Positions 55,181-64,000 of a stretch of DNA of 64,000 bases are shown here, in pieces (positions within the stretch are counted from its first letter, which is position 1; every line of letters begins with the position of its first letter). The DNA comes from Alphaproteobacteria bacterium (lineage in GTDB: Bacteria; Pseudomonadota; Alphaproteobacteria; MPNO01; UBA830). The translations under genes were made by a program, and so were the position numbers. The DNA is taken from positions 2,400,001 through 2,464,000 of the forward strand of contig OZ219790.1 in NCBI GenBank assembly GCA_964291215.2, read 5' to 3'. The notes below the pieces were generated by a model. That model did no database searches, was not told where the DNA came from, and saw only the letters and a list, made by a program, of their open reading frames with translations.

Positions 55181-55570
55181 ATGCGCATACCCGCTCTCGT
55201 CATTGCCGCCGGGCTGTATCTGTTCGCCGCCGCCGCCCACGGCCAGGACGCGACCGGCCCGCGGTTCCGGGCGGGCATGGAGGCGCTTGCCGCCGCGCAG
55301 GCCGCCGCGGACCAGGACGCCCGCGACGGGAAGCTCGACGAGGCGATTGCGGCGTTCCGGGCCATCCTGGTGGACCGCCCGGACCTGGTGCGGGTGCGTC
55401 TCGAACTCGCGCACGCCTTCTTCCTGAAGGAGGAGGACAGCCTGGCGCGGCGGCATTTCGAACAGGTGCTGGCGGGGACGCCGGCGGCGGCCGCCAACAT
55501 CCGGCGCTTCCTCGACATCATGCGCGCGCGGCGGCGCTGGGAGGCGCATTTCGGCCTGGCGGCAGGATAG
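55181..55570 (+). pseudogene. Slam N-terminal fragment
   Basis: near-identical to first ~130 aa of 13556-14806, then stop. Confidence 0.9.
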
Positions 55571-55653
55571 TCTTACGCTAAATTCTGTCTGATTTTTCAA
55601 GACAGTACCTGGGCTTTGCGGGGTTGCGGGTTGGTGCGGGAGATTTTTTTACA

Positions 55654-56837
55654 CCCCCGTTCCATAGTGAAGTGCAACACATGATGGGCTGTGGCCATGT
55701 GTTTTTAGACGCATGATGTTGCGGAGCTGTCCAGCAGCGGCGAGAGTTCCTGTACAAGATGGAGGGAGCTTGTTCATGTCCAAAGGCTACCGTCACCTAC
55801 GAAGAGCGATGCCAGATTGAGGCAGAAAAGCGGTCTTTCACAAGGTGCGATTGCTCGGCAGCTGGGCCGATCAACAATTTTCCGGGAGATCAAGCGCAAC
55901 ACCGGGGGACGGGGTTACCGTCACAAGCAGGCGCAAAGGATGGCAGAAACGCAGGGCCGCCTCGTCTGTTTCCTGGCGGTTGACGCCTCGGGCTGAAGCT
56001 CAGAAAAAGCTGCGGGAGGGCCCCGAGCAGCGGCCGTTTTCGACTGGAGGGCCGTGGGTCGGCAACGGATCCATGATCGCCGAAGATCGGAGAGCTGGGG
56101 GCGTCTTGTGGAAGAAGCTTCGGCGGCGCGGCAAGAAGCCGAACTGGAAGGGCGGATGCCATTCCGACCGGGTGGACATTTCCGAGCGCCCTGCGGAGGC
56201 AAAGGAACGGATCGGCGACCGGGAGCCATCATCGGCAAAGCTCACAGTGGAGCTGTCGTGTCGCTCGTGCCACGAAATACACCTTGCCGGGTGGACAGAA
56301 AGACACGGTTGGTTCGGTCATGATGCTCGGCTCTGGTGCGCTATTGGTCCACACAATCACAACGGCAAAGAGTTCGCAGACCACAGGCGTGTCGCACTTG
56401 ACGCAGATTTCTTCTTCGCCTTTCCATTCTTGGGAGCGCGGCTTGAATGAGCACACCAACGGCCTGGTGCGGGAGTACTTCCCGAAGGGCACGGACTTTC
56501 GCGCGACATGCAACGAAGATGTTCAGAAGGTGCGGCTCAACACTCGGAAAGTCCTGGGATCGCCGACGGAGGTAATCTTGAAGTGAAACCGCGCTGACCA
56601 TCTGCGTTCCAAAGCCGCAACGTGCAGCAGGGTCCATGCCGCGCGACGGCGGAATAGTGGCTTGAAGCCGACAAAGGCGTTGCATAAGCTCGATGTTGAA
56701 GGAACTGAAGCTGTTCCCAGGCGGAATCGAGAGGGGCAGAGGGGAAAAATTTGCGCAATACCCGGCCCTCATCTCCGTTCGGGCTACGCCCTCACTGCGA
56801 TGAGGGCCGGGTGTTGCACTTCAGACTGGAAGTGGGG
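55654..56837 (+). mobile_element. IS30-family element copy 5 (degraded)
   Basis: same ends and body as copy 1. Confidence 0.9.
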
Positions 56838-57034
56838 CATTCATTGAACGCGCCCTCGTCGCAGTTAAGCAGGGCGTTGATTACCTTTTGCGACAGGTGC
56901 GAGCCCTTGATCTCCGAAAGTTCTGCCCGTTCGTCCAGGGTCACCACGTAGCGTTTCATACTCCGACCTCCATCCCGAATGGACGGACAGTCTAGCACTA
57001 AATGTACGACATATCATTGCTGACATAACACTAG
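56838..57034 (-). mobile_element. IS630 left-end fragment
   Basis: matches 52335-52531. Confidence 0.88.
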
Positions 57035-57310
57035 AAGCATCATCCTGATTTGGAAACATCGAAGCCGAGGTCAGGACGTCTGATGTTGGAAGCCGGCCGC
57101 GTGGTGAAGGCCGCGGCGTTCACCACAAGACGCTGGTGGCTGCTGCCGTCGAAGTCCGCCAGAGGACGCCCGGCACCGTGCGGGACAAACGCAATAATGG
57201 GCGCTACGCCGGGCGCCGGCTGTACGATCCGTGTTTGCGCCGGACCGGCCCCAGAACCGGGAAGCCGGCTGCCGCGGCAGGCTGCGGGAAAGGGGTAGCG
57301 GCAGATTTGC

Positions 57311-57339
57311 TTGACGGGGGGGGGGGAAGGGGATAGAGT
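57311..57339 (+). promoter_or_regulatory. sigma70 promoter with G11 tract in the spacer
   Basis: TTGACG (57311-57316) - 17 bp - TAGAGT (57334-57339); G run 57316-57326. Confidence 0.7.
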
Positions 57340-57458
57340 CTTCATCCGCGACGGGATTGGGATGGAAGCTATGGCTATCGGGCGGACTGCGGCAACGGGA
57401 CAACTCGGTTAAGGGTGGTTCAGACAATGTTCGTCTGTTCGACGGCCAAGGCAGCGAC

Positions 57459-59834
57459 ATGCTGAGCGGCATCGGGCGTATCACGACGGTCACGCTCGTT
57501 ATCAGCGGTTTTCTGCTCGTCGCCTGCGGCGGCGGGGGAGGAGGGAAGCAGCCGAGTCCGGGCACGCCATTGTTACCTCCCGATCGTCAATCGCCGACAG
57601 CCGACCCGACGTATCATCTTGGCACGGCCCGTTTCACGACGCATCAGCCCGTCGTGCTGCAACAGATCGGCGCTCACCATGCCTACGCCAAGGGCCTGAC
57701 CGGCCGTGGCGTACGCATCGGGATTGAGGACAGCGTCGTTGACTATACTCAGAGTGCCGAGTTCGGGAGTAGGGTCCGGCTGCGCGATATGGATGGCGCG
57801 GTACTGTCCTATAGACATCCATTCGGGGATGAGCCGTTCAGCGATGTCTGGCGTTGCCGCGCAAGCGGCACATGCCGCATTCGGCGAGGCAACAGCCAAG
57901 GCGACGAGGAGGCGCACAACCGGTGGGTACAGCAAATTGTCCGTGAGGACGGCTGGTCCACGCGCGACGACAGCGCTTTCTTTCTCGATCAGTATTACAG
58001 CCGGGACGGCACCATCCGCGAATGGCTCCGGTGGCACGAACTCCCGACACCGTATGGCCGGGAAGGGGCGCACGGAACCATCGTGGCCTCCGTCGCCGCG
58101 GGCACCAATCTCGGTGTCGCCCCGGAAGCCACCATCATTCCGGTTGCGACGAACCTGACGAATGATCAGTCCGCGGAGGCCGATGCGAATACGCACCTGC
58201 TACGCCAGATAGAAAGGCTGCCGCTGGCAGAGCGTCGGCGGCTCGACCGGGAGACCGCGGATGTGGTGCGGACTCAATACGCAAAATTCGACATCATCAA
58301 CCGGTCCTATGGAAAACCGAATACAAACCTTCTCACGCTTTTCGACAACGTGCGCGCCACCGATGCTTTGGTGAAGTGGTACCGTGCGAATATGCCGGAT
58401 ACCCTCAGGGTCGAATGGCAAACCGACAGACGCGACGCTGACAAGACCATCATCGTATACGCCGCGGGCAATGACTATGAACCAGGCAATGAGAGTGCAC
58501 TGCTGCCGACCCTCGGAGCCCTCCTGCCCTTCGGTTACCCGGAGCTGCGCGGGCACACCATCGCCGTGGCGGCAACGAACCCGCAAACGGGGCGTATCGC
58601 GAGCTATTCCAACCGGTGCGGACCTCTTCCGCCCGACTGGAGTGCCATACGCCATGGAAGGCACTACTGCCTGGTCGCCCCGGGCACGGTGCGCGGCCTC
58701 GTTCCGGACCGGAACCGGCCCGGACGCGGCGCTGCGGGAGAAGGATTGAGCGGCACGAGCTATGCTGCACCCGTCGTTTCCGGCGCACTGGCGCTGCTCA
58801 AGGAGCACTTCCGGGGGACGCGCGGAAACACGCAGATTGTGAGGCGGATGATCGATACCGCCGATCGAAGCGGGATCTATGCGGACGCCGAGACCTATGG
58901 CGCGGGGCATCTGGACATTGCCGCCGCGCTCTCGCCGATTGGCCCTCTCAATACGGGTCAGTCGGCGCGGTCGCTCGGCCTGACGAGGCTTCGCCCCCCT
59001 GCCGCGTATGGCTCGGTCGCGCAACGGGTCGCCCACGTCGAACTGGCGGCGTTCGATCAGCAGGGTTTCCCGTTCTGGGTGCCCCTCTCAGGGCTGGTCT
59101 CCGCGCGGTCGGACAGCCGCTCGACGATCCCCGAATTTGCGAGCACGGACACGGAACAGGTCGATATGCCAGCCGTCGGCCTGGGCGCGCTCGGTCTGCA
59201 TTGGGCAGCGCTCAAGGGCGCGACAGAACGCGCTTTTCCAGGCGAACAGGAGTGGGCTCTGGGGCTTGGCCGGACCTCGGTAAGCCTCGCGCGCCGACCG
59301 CATGCCGGTGGGTGGGGCTATGGTTTCGGCTTCGATGGTGCGGGATATCTTGGCTCCGAAACTGCGGGCGCATTTGGCTCGGACCTTCGCTCCAGCATGA
59401 TCTGGATGTCGCGTGCGTTAGGGCGGGATCTGGGTAGTGGCTGGACGCTGCATGCCGAGGGCACCCTCGCCTGGAGCATGCCACGGTACGAGGACGACGC
59501 GATATTCTCGGCTTCGCCCTCGGTGATGTCAGCGGCGTCGATGCGAATAGGTACCGCAAGCACGGGACTGACGGTCGAGCAGCCACTGCGGGCGGAGTCG
59601 GGAACCGGGACGTTTCGTGTCGAGAACGGGCGCATGGAGAGCGGCAGAAGACTTCGTGACGAGTACCGTGTTCCGCTGCGGCCCGATGCGAGAGCGGTGC
59701 GCTTCGCCCTGTCTCACGAGCGCGAAGCCCTCGGTGGCAACATCGCGGTCGAGATCAGCCATTCGATGAATGCCGGCCATATCCCCGGAGTATCGGAGAG
59801 CGGTATCGGGTTAGCATACCGAATGAGGTGGTGA
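57459..59834 (+). CDS. lipidated S8 (subtilisin-like) serine protease with putative C-terminal beta-barrel
   Basis: lipobox LVAC; triad IGIED / HGT.VA / GTSYAAP; C-terminal alternating strand ending W. Confidence 0.88.
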   Translation: MLSGIGRITTVTLVISGFLLVACGGGGGGKQPSPGTPLLPPDRQSPTADPTYHLGTARFTTHQPVVLQQIGAHHAYAKGLTGRGVRIGIEDSVVDYTQSAEFGSRVRLRDMDGAVLSYRHPFGDEPFSDVWRCRASGTCRIRRGNSQGDEEAHNRWVQQIVREDGWSTRDDSAFFLDQYYSRDGTIREWLRWHELPTPYGREGAHGTIVASVAAGTNLGVAPEATIIPVATNLTNDQSAEADANTHLLRQIERLPLAERRRLDRETADVVRTQYAKFDIINRSYGKPNTNLLTLFDNVRATDALVKWYRANMPDTLRVEWQTDRRDADKTIIVYAAGNDYEPGNESALLPTLGALLPFGYPELRGHTIAVAATNPQTGRIASYSNRCGPLPPDWSAIRHGRHYCLVAPGTVRGLVPDRNRPGRGAAGEGLSGTSYAAPVVSGALALLKEHFRGTRGNTQIVRRMIDTADRSGIYADAETYGAGHLDIAAALSPIGPLNTGQSARSLGLTRLRPPAAYGSVAQRVAHVELAAFDQQGFPFWVPLSGLVSARSDSRSTIPEFASTDTEQVDMPAVGLGALGLHWAALKGATERAFPGEQEWALGLGRTSVSLARRPHAGGWGYGFGFDGAGYLGSETAGAFGSDLRSSMIWMSRALGRDLGSGWTLHAEGTLAWSMPRYEDDAIFSASPSVMSAASMRIGTASTGLTVEQPLRAESGTGTFRVENGRMESGRRLRDEYRVPLRPDARAVRFALSHEREALGGNIAVEISHSMNAGHIPGVSESGIGLAYRMRW

Positions 59835-59838
59835 TCCG

Positions 59839-60156
59839 TTGACGCGCGCGTTCTTCTTCGCCTTGGGACTCGTAATGGCCATGAACACCGCATGCGCGGG
59901 GCCGGGCAAGACGGACAGGACGCCCGCTTCGATCGATTCGCGCATTGTGGCGGTGGTGGTGGAAGACGGCGTCATCTACACTCCTGCAAGCCTTGGCCCG
60001 CAGGGGTGCGTACTGTACAGCCTCCGCATTCCGGGCGGGCAGGCACCTGCCGCGCTGGTATACCGGAGCTTGGAAGGTCGATTCGGCTACGACCGACCGA
60101 AGCAGTGCGTCAAGCGCCCGAAAATTGTAATACCAGCGGCGCCGGTTCCTGACTGA
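59839..60156 (+). CDS. small exported hypothetical protein
   Basis: signal-like N-terminus, Cys pair, 4 bp after the protease stop. Confidence 0.6.
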   Translation: MTRAFFFALGLVMAMNTACAGPGKTDRTPASIDSRIVAVVVEDGVIYTPASLGPQGCVLYSLRIPGGQAPAALVYRSLEGRFGYDRPKQCVKRPKIVIPAAPVPD

Positions 60157-60202
60157 TGACAGGGATTTCCTCACGGCCCGATTTCTGATTCCAGGTCGGC
60201 GG

Positions 60203-60445
60203 GTATCTGCTCACCCCTCCGTAGAGATGGGTTTGGCGTTGTGCATTTTGATCATGTCGGCGGCGTTTCCGGCGAGTGCGATCTGGGTGGCGACGAGTGA
60301 GTTGTAGCCGAGTGCGGTGATGGAGGTGAGATAGCTTGAGATTCGGCACCAGGCCTTGACGTAGAGCGGGGTTCGGAAACATCCGGACACCTTGATCTTG
60401 ACCTTTGCCATCCGGATTTTCTTCTCACCGGTGTTATGGGTGCAG
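60203..60445 (-). mobile_element. IS66 3' fragment
   Basis: end GTATCTGCTCACCC; KIRMAKVKIKVSGCFRT...WCRISSYL. Confidence 0.85.
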
Positions 60446-60559
60446 TTCTCGCATGGCGAATGCAAGTCATTGATTTAACATGGTTTTGTGGCTGCGAGGC
60501 AGCGGCAAAAACGGGTTTTCGTGACAATCGCCCGTTTCAGGACAGGATTTTGTCACGGG

Positions 60560-60884
60560 CCGAGCGGTGGAGGTGGGAACGTTCTGCACCGCAAGATGCG
60601 ATATGATATTGGAGACAATCCACAGCATCAGGAGCGCTCGCATGTCAGTTTCGCAGCCTTCCGCGTCGATCGATATTTCCGGCTTGCCGCCTCGGGTTGT
60701 CGAGGCGGTCACGCAGATAACCGCGGTTTGTCATCGGCAACTCGGTTCGCAGCGCTCTGCCGAGGCCTTTGAGGAAACGGAGCGACGGGTGCGTGAGAGC
60801 GTGTACGCGCTGCGAGATCCTGGGTGCCGAGGCCCGGGACGACGGTGCGCCCCGGATCGAGCGGGACGGGCAGAGATGGTTCCG
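60560..60884 (+). mobile_element. possible ISKra4-like transposase 5' remnant, interrupted by the intron
   Basis: AFEETERRV; DDGAPRIERDG.RW; family call tentative. Confidence 0.35.
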
Positions 60885-61650
60885 GTGTGCCAGGCGAACT
60901 GGCAGGAGGTAGGGGGTGAAAGTCCCCTGAAACGAAGGAGTAACCAAACCGCGTTTCTCCGCGAGCGTCGGTTCCCGCGAGGGAGCAGGCGAAGCGTCGG
61001 TAGCGGGGCTAATGAGCACCGAAAAGCTCATGGTTCGGGGTGCCGAGGCTCGGTCGAAGGCAACATCGCAGGCATCGATTTGGTGAGATGAACCCACCCA
61101 CCCCGCCTGTCGGGACCGTGCAGGGAAGGAGAAAGCCGAAGCCTATGAGGAACGGTTTGAAGAAGGGGGCCTGTGAAGGCGGCGAACAAGGGAGTTTCTG
61201 CGGAGCCGCTGGAGGAAAGGGCCTCGACCAAGGGGAATCCGGGACGCCAAAGCACGCACCGAACGCAGTGTCGGGTGCCACAGGAGGCGGACCGGAGCTG
61301 CAGAGAGAGAAACCCGAAGGAACGTGCACTCTTCCATCACGCCGGATGGGCTCCGGGCGGCCGGTCTGAAGAAGGAAGCCTCGGCAGGTGTCGACGGCGA
61401 GGGTCTGGACGAGCGCTTGCTCGATCTGCACTCGCGCCTGCATCGTGGGGGAGCGTACCGGGCGTCGCCGGTGGGTTGAGATACCGGGACACGACCGCTT
61501 GCCGCACTGGAGGACAAGATCGTTCAGAAGGCGGTTGTGGATGTGATCCTGACACCGATTTATGAGGTGGAGTTCCTTGGCTACGGGTTTCGACCGAGGG
61601 ACGCTCTCGACGCCCTGGCGTCGAGCGGCGCAAGGTCAACTGGATAGTCC
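60885..61650 (+). mobile_element. group II intron 5' half with degraded reverse transcriptase
   Basis: GTGTG 5' end, GGTGAAAGTCC domain I motif; ASAGVDG, L..RL.RG.YR, EDKIVQKAV, YGFRP, ALDAL, VNWI. Confidence 0.8.
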
Positions 61651-62099
61651 CCGCCCGACGCGGTCGAACGTAGTACCAGCGAATTGCTCCGCCGAGCGGT
61701 AGCAAGGACAGTCCAGTTCCCAGTCTCAGACGTCCTGACCTCGGCTTCGATGTTTCCAAATCAGGGTGATGCTTCTAGGCCGAGTTTGCGTGCGTTGTCT
61801 GGCAGTCGAAGGGCTTCAGGTTCGAGAACAAGACGGTCGGCATGTCGACGTTGGCAAGGGAGAAGCACGAAGTTCCGATCGGGACGGGGCTTCAGACGGG
61901 TACATTGCGAACGTGTTCAGGGTCGGGATCATCCCATTACAGGCATCACATTATATTGGACCACGATGCGGCTCTGTTGTCGAGCACAAAACCGGTCAAA
62001 TCATTCATTGCACTGGGAAAAAGGGATCACGGACTGACCAAGTCAACTCACGAGGTCAGGACCTCTGAGTCTGCTTGGGAAGTTCATCGGCCCGTCACC

Positions 62100-63320
62100 T
62101 CAGCATTCCATGCTGAACTGCTGCCGGACCTCACCAGTCCCGACGAATTGCGATAACAACCTGTAGTTCTTCCGCTCGTATCGAACCCTCCCAGCGATAA
62201 CCGCCGGATGCACTTGAAGAATGTTGGCGAGATTCATCACGGCCATGGTTGTTGGCCGATCCCGCACTGCGCTCGCTTGCCAAGCCGAGCGCGGAATAAG
62301 AGCTTCTTCCGCCCATTCGTCCGCCTGCGTCTCCCGCGGATCTTCCTGTCTCCCTTCGATTTTTCGAAGCGTGAAGTCGTCGATAAAGGCTTTGCCTCTG
62401 TCGTTGTCCATGTGTCGCCCCACATGCGCCAACTCATGCAGCAAGCAGAACCAGAAACTATCAATTCTGTCGTAGCGCAGCGTGAGTCCGATTACCGGTC
62501 TGCCATCCCCGAGCCGAAGTGCCGCCCCGTCGAGATACGTCTTTGGCAGATGTTTTTCGATCACCAGCGGAATGCCGTGCCTGGCCAACAAGTCCCTCGC
62601 CAGCCGCGGACCGTTTTCCAATCGGCTCAGCCGCGCGATATTTCGAAGGAAATCCAAAGTTATGGTCCCGCGCTCATAGTCCGTATCGGGACGCTCCTCG
62701 TTGACCCTTGCAAGAATCTGCCAGCACCACGCCCTGAGCGCATAGGGGTCCATCTTGGCATTCGTACGCATATGGTCATTCTTCCGGTAGAGCCTGGCGC
62801 CCGCGACATCCAGTCCCCCTGCACGATCGATCAGGTTCCGCATGACATGCTCGGCACGTCCTGCCAGATCGTGTCCGTTCGGAATCCAGCCCAACCTTGC
62901 CATCGACTTGACGGGAAACCGGTTCCACTCGATGTCCGAAAGGGGGTCGTCCAAGTCGACATCCGGTTCCTGCAACAGCACGTCCGCCGGAATCCCGAGA
63001 TGCTCATGTAGGGCACGCGCCATCGGCATGTTGATTGTGCGTTTGCCGGAGAGAATTTCCGAGACCTTTGCACGGCTTCCGATGAGCGAGGCAAGGTCTG
63101 CGGGGCGCAGGCCTGCCTGTTCCATACGAAACTCGATCGCGGCGACCGGGCTCGGATAACTCATCGGCACTTCTTTGCTTTCGTACAGTTCAACGAGATC
63201 GACCAAAACATTGAGTTCATCGCCTTCCGGGCTGTCGATCTCTATATCCATGAGCTCGGATATCCGAGCCAACGCCGCCTCGTAGTCCCTCTCTGACCGG
63301 ATTGGCTTGATATGAGGCAT
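62100..63320 (-). CDS. higA: HigA-like HTH antitoxin fused to ImmA/IrrE metallopeptidase domain
   Basis: I....DYE.AL..I..L, AIEFRMEQ.GL, VSEILSGKR; IGLTLRYDRIDSFWF.LLHELAHV, E..AD.WA. Confidence 0.88.
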   Translation of the reverse strand: MPHIKPIRSERDYEAALARISELMDIEIDSPEGDELNVLVDLVELYESKEVPMSYPSPVAAIEFRMEQAGLRPADLASLIGSRAKVSEILSGKRTINMPMARALHEHLGIPADVLLQEPDVDLDDPLSDIEWNRFPVKSMARLGWIPNGHDLAGRAEHVMRNLIDRAGGLDVAGARLYRKNDHMRTNAKMDPYALRAWCWQILARVNEERPDTDYERGTITLDFLRNIARLSRLENGPRLARDLLARHGIPLVIEKHLPKTYLDGAALRLGDGRPVIGLTLRYDRIDSFWFCLLHELAHVGRHMDNDRGKAFIDDFTLRKIEGRQEDPRETQADEWAEEALIPRSAWQASAVRDRPTTMAVMNLANILQVHPAVIAGRVRYERKNYRLLSQFVGTGEVRQQFSMEC

Positions 63321-63321
63321 T

Positions 63322-63615
63322 TCACACCTCCTCCACGTCTACGGCGTCATACTCCGCATGCGTACCCACGAAGCGGATGTAGACGACGCGGTACCGATAA
63401 TTGATCTTCACGACGAGCCGGTAGTTGTTGCCCTTGATGTTGAAGACCGCGCGGTTGCCGCCAACAATGCTCGCGCTGGCGTACACCTCCTTCAGGCTGG
63501 CTGGTGTATCCCAATCCGCTTGCTTCACTTCCCGGTACCAAGCGAGAAGTGGCTGTTTGGCATTCGGGTGACGCCGCCAGAACTCCCGGAGCGTCTTCTT
63601 GGCGATGATCCGCAT
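63322..63615 (-). CDS. higB: HigB toxin
   Basis: MRIIAKKTLREFW, VFNIKGNNYRLV, YIRFVGTHAEYD. Confidence 0.95.
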   Translation of the reverse strand: MRIIAKKTLREFWRRHPNAKQPLLAWYREVKQADWDTPASLKEVYASASIVGGNRAVFNIKGNNYRLVVKINYRYRVVYIRFVGTHAEYDAVDVEEV

Positions 63616-63779
63616 AAGCTATATGAACCGTTCCTATTTTTATGTCAAGTGCATTGCTCCCATATCAGGAATATTTCTTTGTTACGACACAATCTCCCGA
63701 TGTCAAGCAAACTGGCTCGGCCAGATCCGCCCTCCGTCGAGACCGGTTGTGCATCCGGCAGCAGACCTATTCGCAACGC

Positions 63780-64000
63780 GATGGACTGTCGGTTTCGGAG
63801 GAGTATCGTCGCCAGCTGAGGTGCTGCCGCGCTGGCGCAAAGGCATCGAAATGGAAGTGCGCAACCCGGTGCACCGGGACCTGATGCTGTTCGCGCTCTA
63901 ACCGGCATGCGCCGGGGCGAGGTCGTCTCGCTGCGCCGGAGCGGGTGGACCTCGAAGCGGGACTGTTCCGGGTCAAGGAGACCAAGTGCAAAATATGACC
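63780..64000 (+). pseudogene. tyrosine integrase internal fragment, frameshifted
   Basis: RDLMLFAL / TGMRRGEV..L / VDL......ETK across frames. Confidence 0.7.

Larger units (their letters stand above)
57031..61778. repeat. 53 bp inverted repeats (57031-57083 / 61726-61778)
   Basis: CTAGAAGCATCA(T/C)CCTGATTTGGAAACATCGAAGCCGAGGTCAGGACGTCTGA, one mismatch. Confidence 0.9.

Noticed and set aside
60885-61650. RT as retron or diversity-generating retroelement driving lipoprotein variation
   Set aside because: Group II intron 5' RNA motifs present, RT broken, no template/variable repeat pair with adenine-specific differences seen
1-64000. CRISPR array or rRNA
   Set aside because: No regularly spaced repeats, cas genes or rRNA-like sequence seen

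Overview
GC-rich alphaproteobacterial chromosome segment (Rhodospirillales-like gene order; host-associated lifestyle is only an inference). An intact ~16 kb core block (tRNA-Gly, hslR, SUV3/MgpS-like helicase, htpG, folC-accD-trpABF-pyrF-lapA-ihfB-rpsA-cmk-aroA) sits in a graveyard of nested, deletion-riddled mobile elements (IS1634, IS66, IS30 x5, IS256, IS50-like IS4, ISAs1, IS110, IS630, IS1380, group II intron, integrase/ICE remnants). Accessory cargo: a plasmid/ICE leading-region-like module (ardC, WGR, hicBA), a porin, three TbpB-like surface lipoprotein + Slam (type XI secretion) cassettes (two forming a 2.8 kb inverted duplication), a lipidated S8 protease behind a poly-G promoter, and a higBA pair with an IrrE-type antitoxin. 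Most notable: (i) IS4 and ISAs1 elements carrying a DUF4338/Mom-like domain and IS66 carrying a Dam-like fragment; (ii) mosaic lipoprotein-Slam cassettes suggestive of surface variation; (iii) a TTGACG-N17-TAGAGT promoter with a G11 tract; (iv) dense short deletions confined to mobile DNA. All family calls are motif recognition by eye; no database searches were run.
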